Source: Candidatus Altimarinota bacterium
GTDB lineage: Bacteria > Patescibacteriota > Gracilibacteria > 1-14-2-50-48-13
Direction: 5' to 3'
Length of the DNA: 64,000 bases
NCBI GenBank assembly: GCA_046314355.1
Contig: JBKBWQ010000001.1
Span: 608,001-672,000, forward strand
Below, in pieces: positions 55,401-64,000 of the stretch. The translations under genes and the position numbers were made by a program. Each line of letters starts with the position of its first letter. The stretch's first letter is position 1. The notes beneath the pieces were generated by a model, which saw only the letters and a program-made list of their open reading frames with translations, was not told where the DNA came from and searched no databases.

Positions 55401-56383
55401 CCTAGATCTTCGAATGAGAATTGTGTACCTTTTAAATATGGACTTACAATCGCTCCAGAAGCGGTATCTTTAGGAACATTATGATATATTTGTACTTCAT
55501 CTATATCTCCTGTAAACCATGCCCCGCCTTTACCCGGAAAAGCATTTAGTGTACTGCGTCCAAAGTAAATAGGACTTGCTCTATCAACTGCAAGTATCTT
55601 AGGTTCTTCCCCTATAACAGATGGCTGGCTAATACAAGTAGTAGTATTCGTATTTGTATTTAATGTAGGGACACAAGAGAGAATATGCTTTTTTTCAAGA
55701 GCTACTTTTGAACCATTAATATAGAGAGCAGTTCCGTCTACCTCATCATACATCATCTTAACAGTGGTCCATTTGTTAAGATATGTTTCCTTAAATTGAT
55801 CCAGTTTCATTGTCTCAATCGGATGCTGATCCATAAGATAATAGTCCTTTCCATCACCAAGTACAACCTGCCACCGTACCATATTTGTACTATTAGAATG
55901 TACAAAGGCTATACGAAATCCTTTTTGAGCCCCATTACTAAAAGTAAAATTGCTCACTATTGGAGTGTAGCTTGAATCAGTAGCCTGAGTAAAAACATCC
56001 TTAATCTGTATCTTTGTACTTATGGTAAGGGATTTTTCTTGAGTTGAAAGTATTGAATTTGGTACACTGGCATATTGATTGATACCATTCAATGAGAGTG
56101 CTTTTCCTGAACCAGTCTCCACAAGCACCGGCAATGGACTACCTGCAATCGTAGCACCTGATCCTCCAGTTTTCTGGTTCTTTACTGTAGTACCTTCCAA
56201 TTCATCAAAAGTATACTTCCCAACTAATGTATCATTAATATTCGTAGAGACGCTTCCCGTCCCTGTGCCGATAATATCCGAAGTAAACAACCCTCCGCTC
56301 GAAAAAAACCAGCCAAGACCTACTACTAAGGTAGCAATAAGAATCACAGTACCTACAAGGACCTTTTGTTTGTGCGCAAGCAT
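52493..56383 (-). CDS. Surface glycoside hydrolase: TM, LamG-like domain, clan GH-A (GH51-like) catalytic domain, linker, 3 SLH domains
   Basis: LamG (YTFDE...ALSLNG...FTGDIDEVQIY); LRFPGG, YWEIGNE and LAITEW; SLH repeats (AVNRAEF, FKPGNSIQRAE, FAPTDSITRGE). Confidence 0.85.
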   Translation of the reverse strand: MLAHKQKVLVGTVILIATLVVGLGWFFSSGGLFTSDIIGTGTGSVSTNINDTLVGKYTFDELEGTTVKNQKTGGSGATIAGSPLPVLVETGSGKALSLNGINQYASVPNSILSTQEKSLTISTKIQIKDVFTQATDSSYTPIVSNFTFSNGAQKGFRIAFVHSNSTNMVRWQVVLGDGKDYYLMDQHPIETMKLDQFKETYLNKWTTVKMMYDEVDGTALYINGSKVALEKKHILSCVPTLNTNTNTTTCISQPSVIGEEPKILAVDRASPIYFGRSTLNAFPGKGGAWFTGDIDEVQIYHNVPKDTASGAIVSPYLKGTQFSFEDLGILHSLISKATKFTFVETFVNSALTNTAFTFIRRDANSLSSQEKIIEGNFLKALGKDALNTSMLRFPGGMSSDSYDWYNPQWSYVPPSISNPPIYKADADGILLKDAAGNVTGVTKGTKTIPQAYGVLTYDRFLDLVNEQNIEPILTVNLGIASIPTLDPTRRNASDTYTTLEEGWRTGADQYHHGAKWAAQWVKCVNFGGTAAECPTPRKSTWKKVTYWEIGNETFIWLNPEEYALAVKVYSEEMRKVDPSIKIIAAGLSEPFTINYCGNSRSLCPNMGFNNTPEAWTNALLNVEKNFPGSLHYIAPHLYPGASSEPGTIPGTAATSKFKDEVLYYKTLRKVWEAKDFKEQMDYIKHAASTVRLAITEWATNFGGYAVPGACPSSNLSRISTIAEEPNCYYYSLGNALHTAHMLGEYMKSGIVDIAINHDVSTFNVGWFWPNDNAALRAAGARPQDPDGKSVATPPSLALQLFWKYMGDRMFDLTWHDNNTPKKTIDGKEYDLLARYVTKDANALYMVLLNLDLDADHMVEAIIPQGVDISSIKAEILNDFSETSSISTNNLTEWYGKTIPTTFPVKIANADSAVKIDTQRKSIQVTLPKHSIVAVKIERDGMLLANNPDQIVEVPTNNNNNILVPEVPSENTTNANMNALPSGGETPEGTPPVVEIPNDASGQQNLNLNSATQPTDNNSTVTPDTNTVNLITQTPGKGSSSGGGAYYSNAGTSTAVSGNTQVNSNMLRSSAQTCPPTCLPSSDIKDVSPAHFARSSVEYLQQRGIMQGNPDGTFAVNTAVNRAEFSKIVRNAFRVSTENKGAALTFNDVSPSEWFYTYVRSIFQAGIASGYDNNFFKPGNSIQRAEAAKMIALASGASEDTITAQFVAWRKAHPTYTYVVMPDVAVESWYAKYVLYVTTEGYVEGRTENGVRKFAPTDSITRGEAAVLVTKVIQEKGIVYPVLEDSSTKKVEIVFPE

Positions 56384-56554
56384 AAATTTTTATTTTTGTA
56401 TTAAAAGCTCTTAACTTCTCTAAATTATACTAGCCATATCCCTAGAATGCAAATAGCTCAAGAGTATAAGATATGTGTATTTTTCAGTGAATCCGCAAAA
56501 AAACTTGTAAAATCCCCTACTCTTCAGTAAGATAGGTCGCGTACGTTAAATTAT

Positions 56555-56628
56555 AGGTCTATAGTTCAATGGTAGAACAGAGGTCTCCAAAACCTTTGAT
56601 GATGGTTCGATTCCGTCTAGGCCTGCCA
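56555..56628 (+). tRNA. tRNA-Trp (CCA)
   Basis: Acceptor stem AGGTCTA/TAGGCCT, anticodon arm GAGGT-CTCCAAA-ACCTT, T-loop TTCGATT, encoded CCA end. Confidence 0.95.
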
Positions 56629-56698
56629 ATGAAATGAAAAATATTCAATCCAGACCAAACATACTATATAATATCCCTATAGCGTATTTTTTGAATCT

Positions 56699-57268
56699 AT
56701 GAAAATCCTCATCCTCGAAGGTATCCCAACAAGTGGTAAGACCACAGTATGCAACAAAATTCAAGAACTTCTACAAAAGTACGGAAAAACATTTCTCGCA
56801 GTAGATGAAGAAGAAACAATGTGGAAGCTTGGTAACAACACAGACAAGAAAGTAAGCATAAAATTCCTAAAAGAGATTCTCGAAAAGGCTATGAGTAAAC
56901 CTCATGATGTAGTTATTTTCGACAGACTCCATTTTTCACAGGTCTTTCGAACAAATGGATCAGTAGTTGACTTCAAAGAAATAGAAGATTTGATTTCAGA
57001 CAAAGCCTTCATCGCTTTTTTCAAAATTTCAGAAGAAAGTATTCCTACTCGAATCACAAACGCCATGGAGCATAGACCCAAAGAATGGACTATTCACGTA
57101 AAGAAGAAAGAAAGCATGGAAGAAATTATCCATTACTATACTACGCAACAGAAACTCCTAGAGGGACTCCTTCTCGAAACTACCTTACGCAACGAAACCT
57201 ATTCTACTGATACAATGAATTTCGAGAACATCGCAGAAAAAATCTTCAAGAAAATGGTGTACGAATAG
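56699..57268 (+). CDS. P-loop nucleoside monophosphate kinase-like protein (thymidylate kinase-like)
   Basis: ILILEGIPTSGKTT and VIFDRLHFS motifs. Confidence 0.75.
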   Translation: MKILILEGIPTSGKTTVCNKIQELLQKYGKTFLAVDEEETMWKLGNNTDKKVSIKFLKEILEKAMSKPHDVVIFDRLHFSQVFRTNGSVVDFKEIEDLISDKAFIAFFKISEESIPTRITNAMEHRPKEWTIHVKKKESMEEIIHYYTTQQKLLEGLLLETTLRNETYSTDTMNFENIAEKIFKKMVYE

Positions 57269-57382
57269 CCCTTCATGGATAGCTTGAATAATCAATGGTG
57301 GTCCTAACATTCTCAATCAGGACCTGCCAAGCTAAATTACAGGATTAAAGCAACTTTCTATACTAAAGAATAAGTTTCGAGG

Positions 57383-58567
57383 CTATTTTTTACTATGCTG
57401 TATTTTATTTACATGATCGATTCTCAAAAAATTGAAATATTTGTCTGTAAAAAATGCTGCATACTTCGCATTTCCCCACCGAAGGTGAGGAATATCAGGG
57501 TGATTCATAATGATTGGAATATTATCTTCTTCTCTTTTTCTATCATACTTAAGTTTGGTCTCTAAAAACTTTTGAGCGTAGTGAGTAGCATTCCTATTTT
57601 GAAACTCTTTATAATGCAGAAGAATTTCCGTATTGCCTAATATTCGTTTCGCAATATCTTCAGTATTTTCTTGATTAATATTTTCATATAACTTCAGAGC
57701 ATTTTTTAGATACTCATGAAGGAACTGTTCTTTTGGATCAAAAGCGAAGATAGGACGATTTATATCTATGTAGTCTTCTATTCTTCGACCATTTATAGGA
57801 GAGGAAAATCTACTAATAGTAGCTAAGCCACTATTAATACTACAAATAGTATGATCAGAATATTCAACTGGTAAATCTTTAGGGTCCACATTTCTTTTAA
57901 TCAGCTTCAGGTCATGATCAAAAATTCCAAATCTCACAGCATGTGAGTCATAGAATCCTCCTCCTCCATGCTGCGGATAGTGCTGCATTGTCGTACCTGA
58001 TGATTTTATTGTTCCTGGATCAAATAGTTTCTGAAGAAGGAATTTATCACGTACAAATTGTGTGTAGTATTTCTTATTAGTTTCATCATCTAATGCGTAC
58101 CACCCCATTTGATGAATAAGTAATTCAGTAAACTCTCCTTCTGATAAAGCCTGTACTATCTGAAGTCCAAATTTATTCCAGTCTTGATATCTGTATGGAA
58201 GCCCTTCATAAGTCTTATTCAGATCTTCTTTTCTAATCATAGTCCGCTCATATCCTATAATTCCAGTCTCATCTCTAACTTTCTCTGAAAACTCAAAGTA
58301 TTTTTTACCGTGCAGCGGTAATTCTGCAACAAATGTTGGTGAATCAGCTTCCCTGAAAAGTTTCCTTATTGGTAAGTCAATCGTAATTATATTAGGATAT
58401 TCTTTTACCTCTGAGCTCTTCTCTTCAAGTACTTTCTTAACTTTTTTTCCTGTTTCGGTACAAATACTCTCTTGTTTAGCAATACTCATGCCCCCACAGA
58501 TATTCTTCTCGATAAGATTCCCATTCTTCCTATCTCCTAATATATCAACCTTCACTTTATTTTCCAT
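57383..58567 (-). CDS. Hypothetical protein
   Basis: 394-aa ORF from MENKV at 58567; no recognised motif. Confidence 0.6.
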   Translation of the reverse strand: MENKVKVDILGDRKNGNLIEKNICGGMSIAKQESICTETGKKVKKVLEEKSSEVKEYPNIITIDLPIRKLFREADSPTFVAELPLHGKKYFEFSEKVRDETGIIGYERTMIRKEDLNKTYEGLPYRYQDWNKFGLQIVQALSEGEFTELLIHQMGWYALDDETNKKYYTQFVRDKFLLQKLFDPGTIKSSGTTMQHYPQHGGGGFYDSHAVRFGIFDHDLKLIKRNVDPKDLPVEYSDHTICSINSGLATISRFSSPINGRRIEDYIDINRPIFAFDPKEQFLHEYLKNALKLYENINQENTEDIAKRILGNTEILLHYKEFQNRNATHYAQKFLETKLKYDRKREEDNIPIIMNHPDIPHLRWGNAKYAAFFTDKYFNFLRIDHVNKIQHSKK

Positions 58568-58816
58568 ATTACGCCAGTAATGTGTATACACTGTTCTGTT
58601 TATTTTAACATACAACTATTTAAATAAGTAGAAATTAAAGTATAAAATTCTAACATCCTCCACTAAGGCCTACCACCCCGTCGAACGCGGTAGAATCTAG
58701 TTACTTGAATCCAAAATCTCTATTCTAAGTGTTTTTTAAATGTCGTAAAATAGGTACTAAACATTTGAGGAAAAGCCTGAATAAAGAAATGACAATATAT
58801 CTGGTATCTCTTTCCA

Positions 58817-59410
58817 TCAATCATCTAATCCCTTCCCTTCCAGAATCTTCTGCACATATTTCTCAACCCTAGACTCCCGAGTCTTAGCCTGTTTAGCTGC
58901 AGAAAAGTAAAAGATATATGCTCTTTGTCTACCTGGGGTCAACGCCTCAAAGGCAGTTTTTAAGTGAGTATCCGCATCTAGTCTTGCCTGAAATTCTTCC
59001 GGCATCGTAAAGTCATTAGTCTTTTTGAAATCCACTTTTAAACCTGCTTTCTCTATTTCTACTGCTTCATCTACATAAGTTTTCAAAATAACTCCTATCT
59101 TCTCAACCTCCTGGATATTTGTAAAACGGATCTGTCTAGCAGACTGTACATTTTTTGTCTGCTGAATAAGAATACCATTAGGATCTTTCAACAAGGCTCC
59201 TTTCATGAATAGAACTGCACAATACTCTTTAAAAGTATGTATCAATAAGATATTACTCTCATGAAATGTGTAGCAAGGACACCCCCACTTCAACTCTTCA
59301 GTGAGTCCAGTCTCAAGAATAATTCTTCTCAATTCTTTGACTTCCTCCTGCCACTTGCCAGGTTTGCTAAAGTAAAAATCAACCTTGGGATTCATCTCAT
59401 TTTTTAACAT
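58817..59410 (-). CDS. YdeI/OmpD-associated (DUF1801) family protein
   Basis: EELKWGCPCY, FMKGALLKD, AFEALTPGRQRAY, AKQAKTRESR. Confidence 0.9.
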   Translation of the reverse strand: MLKNEMNPKVDFYFSKPGKWQEEVKELRRIILETGLTEELKWGCPCYTFHESNILLIHTFKEYCAVLFMKGALLKDPNGILIQQTKNVQSARQIRFTNIQEVEKIGVILKTYVDEAVEIEKAGLKVDFKKTNDFTMPEEFQARLDADTHLKTAFEALTPGRQRAYIFYFSAAKQAKTRESRVEKYVQKILEGKGLDD

Positions 59411-59426
59411 ACCGTATCTTCAGAAT

Positions 59427-59984
59427 TTAAATCTTCAATATTCCGCGAAATCCTCTGGCAGCATAATATGATTCTGCACCATTATGATAGACAAAGATAT
59501 TGCCGTAGCGGTAATCCGCAAAAATGGCTCCGCCGAGCTTTCGAATGTCGGTAGGTGTCTCTATCCAGCTTGATGTTTTCATATCGAATTCACCAAGTTT
59601 TTGCAGATCCCGGTACTCCTCTTCTGTGAGAAGTTTGATTCCCATCGCATCCGCCATTGCTATAGCACTACTTTCCGGTTTATGTTCTTTTCTAGATAGT
59701 AATGCAGCATGATCGTAGCAAAGACTTCTGCGACCCTTAGGACTTTCTACTGAACAATCACAGAAGATATACTCGTCAGTCTCTTTATCAAGACCGGTAA
59801 CATCTGGCTCTCCAGCAGTATTTTCCATCTCGCTGAGTGACCATAGTTTCTCAGGATTTGCTTCAAGCTTTGCCTGTACCTTAGACCATTCGATTCCCTT
59901 ATGCCGATTCATATTTTTTTCAAAACGTGCTTTTAAAATATCTAAAAGCTCTTTGCTCTGTGCTTGTGATAATTCTTTTTTCAT
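59427..59984 (-). CDS. DUF4256 family protein
   Basis: RFEKNMNRH, ESPKGRRSLCYD, KTSSW, YHNGAESYYAARGFRG. Confidence 0.85.
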   Translation of the reverse strand: MKKELSQAQSKELLDILKARFEKNMNRHKGIEWSKVQAKLEANPEKLWSLSEMENTAGEPDVTGLDKETDEYIFCDCSVESPKGRRSLCYDHAALLSRKEHKPESSAIAMADAMGIKLLTEEEYRDLQKLGEFDMKTSSWIETPTDIRKLGGAIFADYRYGNIFVYHNGAESYYAARGFRGILKI

Positions 59985-59985
59985 A

Positions 59986-60393
59986 TTATTTGGAAGTAAC
60001 TGAAATAAGTCTTCTATCTGCAGGTCTGAAATACCAGGATACTACTGTAAGGACAAGAAGCAGTAATGCCGGAAATATGTCTGCAACAGGATTTCCTGCA
60101 GCGATATGAGAAAATATTGCTCCTGACATAGCAAAGAAGAATCCTGCATAAGCCCATTCTTTTAGTAAAGGAAATTTTGGAGCAAGTACCGCAGCCACTC
60201 CCAATATTTTCCAGATACCGAGGAGGGTCAGAAAATAAAGCGGATAGCCTAATTTGGTCATAAGAGCAGCCTCCTCCGGTATCTGCATTATCTGGACTAC
60301 CGCAGTGGATACCATTCCCAGGGCAAGCCAGAGAGTCGCGATCCAGTAGATAATCTTATTTGTCTTTGTCATTGGGATCTGGACAGGAGTCAT
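59986..60393 (-). CDS. DoxX-like membrane protein
   Basis: IIYWIAT, LGYPLYF...LGIWKILG, LKEWAYAGFFF. Confidence 0.88.
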   Translation of the reverse strand: MTPVQIPMTKTNKIIYWIATLWLALGMVSTAVVQIMQIPEEAALMTKLGYPLYFLTLLGIWKILGVAAVLAPKFPLLKEWAYAGFFFAMSGAIFSHIAAGNPVADIFPALLLLVLTVVSWYFRPADRRLISVTSK

Positions 60394-60669
60394 AGGTATT
60401 GAGTGGAAGAGTAATGCTGTAAGTATAGTGTATTTATAATTTCATTGTCAATGAATCCATGCGGAGTGAGATAAGCTGCTTTTTAAAAAAATAATTCTAT
60501 GGCACATTCGTGAACCTCCCTGCTCAAAGATCCATTATATGTGACTAGAAAACAAAAACAGTGAAATAAGAGTGAAATACAAACCAGCAGTCCCCTATTA
60601 CTTTACAGGTTATACTTATTGTACTAGGATACCGTTTAACTATATTTGTAGAATAATACAATCGTCATT

Positions 60670-62373
60670 ATGGAAGAACATAATAAAACGGATCCTGACA
60701 GAAAAATTAACATCCTGGCTGTTGATGACAATCCTACCAATCTTAATCTACTGGAGAACATTTTTTATAAAAAGTATAATATCATAAAGGCAGATACTGC
60801 TAAAAGAGCACTAGAAATACTCAAGGAAGATTCAGATTTTGCGCTGCTGCTGCTGGATGTAGTAATGCCAGATGTAAATGGACTGGAACTTGCAAGAATA
60901 ATTCAGCAGACTCCCGAAACCAAAGATATTCCTATTATCTTTCTCACCGGAAATAATGATAATAAATCTACTTTGGAAGGATACGCTTCCGGAGCAGTGG
61001 ACTACATTATGAAACCTTTTAATAAAAACATCCTCTGTTCTAAAGTTGAAATCTTTGCTCAGTTATATAAAAAGACTGAAGCTTTAAAAAGACAGGCTGT
61101 AGAGCTCGAAAAGCTCAACCTTCTTCTTCAAATGAAAGAAGAAGAATCCCAGAGAGAAAAAGAACAGATTAAGCTAGTGAATCAGGAGCTAGTCCTCAAA
61201 GCAACAAGTCTTCAAGAATCTCAATTCCAAGCGGATCGTCTAAAAGCATTAGGCAACCTTGCCAGCGGCATCGCGCATGATCTAAATAATGCGCTCACGC
61301 CCATCATGCTTATCACTCAATTATTAGCAACAAAAGTTTCCGATGAACAGTCTCAAAAAATGATTGATACACTTAGTTCAAATACTCAGTACTGCAGCAA
61401 TCTAGTAAAGCAGATACTAACCTTTGCACGAGGTGTTGAGGGATCCAAAGAAGTTATAGATATTGGATTATACATCGCAGATGCTTTAAGTACGATCCAA
61501 GGCTCAATACCGGTAAATATCAATATCACTACTGATATTCCTGCAGACTTACAGAAAATATTTGCAGATAAAACACAGATATACCAGATTATTATCAATT
61601 TGCTCATTAATGCTCGGGATGCCATGCCCCAAGGTGGAAATATACACATATCTGCGCAAAATATTTATGTGGATAACTTTTTTGCATCTATGCATACAGA
61701 AGCAAAAGCAGGACATCATATTATGTTTTCAGTCGCAGATAATGGCTCCGGCATTACGCCCGATGTACTCAGCAAAATATTTGATCCCTATTTCACTACA
61801 AAATCAGCAGACAAAGGTACTGGACTAGGATTGTCGATGGTCATGAGTATTATCTCAGGTCATGGAGGTTTTATAAATGTTGCAAGTAAAGAAGGTCAAG
61901 GAACAACATTTAAATTTTATCTGCCATCTGTACAGAATGAAGTTCCCGCAAAACTCACAAAAGATACAGTAGAAACCTTTAACGGTCAGAATTCACTGAT
62001 CCTTATAGTCGATGATAATAAACCTATCAGAGAAGCTGCAGAACACACACTCAAGGAATCTAACTTTCAGGTAATCACCGCTAAAGACGGTGTAGAAGCT
62101 CTTACATTATACTTGGAGTATAAAAACAAGATAAAAGTAGTGCTGACGGATTATAATATGCCTGTTATGGATGGGTTAGGAACAATACGAGCACTAAGAA
62201 GTTTCGATCCTTCAGTGAAAATTATTTTAACCAGTGGTACGGGTAAGGATATAGAATCTGTAAGGCATCTCGGACCAGACATCAAATTTCTTGCCAAGCC
62301 ATATATGACACGTGATCTACTGAAGTTATTAGATGAGCTGCAACAAGATCCGAGCACAGATGAATGCAAATAA
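60670..62373 (+). CDS. Cytoplasmic hybrid histidine kinase (REC-HisKA-HATPase-REC)
   Basis: ILAVDD...LLDVVMP; GIAHDLNN; NLLINARDAM, DNGSG, FTTK and GTGLGL; ILIVDD...TDYNMP. Confidence 0.93.
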   Translation: MEEHNKTDPDRKINILAVDDNPTNLNLLENIFYKKYNIIKADTAKRALEILKEDSDFALLLLDVVMPDVNGLELARIIQQTPETKDIPIIFLTGNNDNKSTLEGYASGAVDYIMKPFNKNILCSKVEIFAQLYKKTEALKRQAVELEKLNLLLQMKEEESQREKEQIKLVNQELVLKATSLQESQFQADRLKALGNLASGIAHDLNNALTPIMLITQLLATKVSDEQSQKMIDTLSSNTQYCSNLVKQILTFARGVEGSKEVIDIGLYIADALSTIQGSIPVNINITTDIPADLQKIFADKTQIYQIIINLLINARDAMPQGGNIHISAQNIYVDNFFASMHTEAKAGHHIMFSVADNGSGITPDVLSKIFDPYFTTKSADKGTGLGLSMVMSIISGHGGFINVASKEGQGTTFKFYLPSVQNEVPAKLTKDTVETFNGQNSLILIVDDNKPIREAAEHTLKESNFQVITAKDGVEALTLYLEYKNKIKVVLTDYNMPVMDGLGTIRALRSFDPSVKIILTSGTGKDIESVRHLGPDIKFLAKPYMTRDLLKLLDELQQDPSTDECK

Positions 62374-62446
62374 TTTTAAAGGTTTCTGGTATAATAAGAT
62401 CATACATAATCATCATTATATTTATTGTCTCAGCGTTAACTATTCT

Positions 62447-62828
62447 ATGTCAGAACATATTATTACAATCCTCACTCCCACTTATAATCGGGCTGAGAAA
62501 TTTTTGCCTCAGACTATTGAAAGTATCCAAAATCAAAGTGAGGCAGGTTTCAGACATGAACATATCATCATCGATAATGCATCCACAGATGAGACACAGA
62601 GAGTTGTAGCACAATATATGGAGAAGGATCCAAGAATAAAATATATAAAAAACTCCGGCAATATGGGACCTCTGGCTCAAGTTAGCACATAGTAAATTCA
62701 GAGCTGGTTTCAATAAAACTTATCTCTCTTTTTATAGAGTACATACTCATCAGCTCACTACTCAACATAGCAAAGATGGCACCTGGGATCGTGATGCAGA
62801 GTATCTTAAAAAGCTTTATAACTTATAA
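62447..62828 (+). pseudogene. GT2 glycosyltransferase with internal deletion and frameshift
   Basis: N-terminal part ITILTPTYNR...IIIDNASTD...NMG. From 62664 another frame reads WDLWLKL...YRVHTHQLT...* (62828). The central DxD region is missing. Confidence 0.75.
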
Positions 62829-62841
62829 GATTGAATGTCTG

Positions 62842-63738
62842 CTAGTCATTCAAAATCGCTACAATTTTCCTCCGCGCATCCTTTGACTCTGGAAAAAACA
62901 AGATCGGCCATACATGGATCATCTCTTCATACGGATAATACTCAAACTCTATACCCTGTTCTTCAGCAAGTTTTTTAAATCTTACTGCATCTGGATAACA
63001 TATCTCATGAGTCCCCACAAAAAGATGAATCTTTGCTAAGTCAGTGATATTTCCGTAAATCGGACTTATCATATAGTGCGTTGGATCTAGATCCTTTGCA
63101 TATATTTTTCCGATCTCTGTTGCCGCGGGGAGTGCCAGTATAGGATCAAGCTTTTCTACCTCTGGAAGTTCAGGGTTACTAAGCGACATATCAAGTGCAG
63201 GAGAAATAAGAAGAATCTTTGAGGGCTGCGGAAGAGTTTTCTCTCTTAACGTCATAGCTAACACCAGAGCGATAGATCCTCCTGAGGAATCTCCCATTAT
63301 TGTTATATTCTCTGGAGTATTTTTCTCTATGAGTCTTTGATATAGTGGTAAGAGCATCTCAAATACATCTTTATAATAATGCATTGGAGCCAAAGGATAA
63401 ATAGGCACATGAATGCTGCATCCAGTCTCTGCAACTAAGTGAGCAAGGAATTTCCACTGTAGAGACTTGATGCGATGGACATAGCCGCCGCCGTACATAT
63501 AAAGAATATGCTTAGCTGTTATTTGGTCTAAAGGTTCTAAAAGATACACCGCATGACCATTTACTTCTGTCTTTGAAATTTTCACTTTCTTTTTCAAGAG
63601 TACAGGAGGTTCATCAGTGGTATTATCTCGTATCTTCTGTATTCCCTTCCAAAGCCTCTCCCCTGTCGCAAAACTATTTTTATTATACTTTGTAAGCTTC
63701 ATCAGCTTTTTCACAATACGGCTTTCAATACTTGGCAT
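62842..63738 (-). CDS. Alpha/beta hydrolase (HSL-family esterase)
   Basis: YGGGY oxyanion loop, GDSSGG nucleophile, ISPIYG and MIHVW. Confidence 0.9.
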   Translation of the reverse strand: MPSIESRIVKKLMKLTKYNKNSFATGERLWKGIQKIRDNTTDEPPVLLKKKVKISKTEVNGHAVYLLEPLDQITAKHILYMYGGGYVHRIKSLQWKFLAHLVAETGCSIHVPIYPLAPMHYYKDVFEMLLPLYQRLIEKNTPENITIMGDSSGGSIALVLAMTLREKTLPQPSKILLISPALDMSLSNPELPEVEKLDPILALPAATEIGKIYAKDLDPTHYMISPIYGNITDLAKIHLFVGTHEICYPDAVRFKKLAEEQGIEFEYYPYEEMIHVWPILFFPESKDARRKIVAILND

Positions 63739-63887
63739 GACTACAATTCATTTTCTAAAACCCTTTTACTATAAAATCTTTCATCTTGAAATTCAAGTGA
63801 AGAAACTTTTCTACGAAAGTTACACCTTAGCTTCCTTTAAAGTATAGAAAGAGTATTATAGTACATTCATTTCATAACTTACCCCTT

Positions 63888-64000
63888 ATGAATTCATCCA
63901 CTACACGCAACCTGCTTCTTGCAATCTTTGCAGGTATTCTTGTTATTGCCACTATTTTCCTTCTCAGCCGCTACGTCTTTTTCAAACCCCAATTTGATAA
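63888..64000 (+). CDS. Membrane protein, partial (runs off the right edge)
   Basis: MNSSTTRNLLLAIFAGILVIATIFLLSRY... is open to the window end. Confidence 0.55.
   Translation, partial: MNSSTTRNLLLAIFAGILVIATIFLLSRYVFFKPQFD

Noticed and set aside
1-64000. Genetic code 25 (UGA=Gly) as in Gracilibacteria sensu stricto and Absconditabacteria
   Set aside because: Long conserved genes (rpoB, rpoC) are open without in-frame TGA, and rpsG ends at TGA at its normal C-terminus.

Overview
AT-rich bacterial chromosome segment in standard code 11. Long ORFs are open without in-frame TGA, and rpsG and rnhA end in TGA. Gene content points to a Patescibacteria (CPR) genome, probably the Peregrinibacteria/Gracilibacteria branch (inference): rpmB-rpoB-rpoC-rpsL-rpsG, short MetG, FtsA-like protein, type IV pilus genes, several SLH proteins and few obvious Shine-Dalgarno sites. 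Housekeeping genes are gltX, ftsK, truB, secD, a femX-like gene, rnhA, ychF, metG, recR, priA, rpmH, rnpA, yidC, jag, rpsG, rpsL, rpoC, rpoB, rpmB, rpmG and tRNA-Trp. The main observations are: (1) a putative surface-display system, with a cohesin/dockerin three-gene operon and unlinked surface proteins that share a C-terminal P-x-[TSN]-G-P-E + TM + basic tail and/or a post-TM GG..F[QT]S[DS][IL][IL] motif; (2) four dispersed palindromic intergenic elements built from AATTG[AG]GCTC units and GTAA repeats; (3) a CarF/TMEM189-type lipid desaturase; (4) SecD with apparently nested parvulin PPIase domains; (5) an N-terminal-half PriA; (6) a locus of large uncharacterised proteins at 33.7-41.5 kb; (7) an accessory region after tRNA-Trp with degenerate tRNA 3'-end repeats and a GT2 gene carrying an internal deletion. 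All calls come from reading motifs by eye; no database searches were run.
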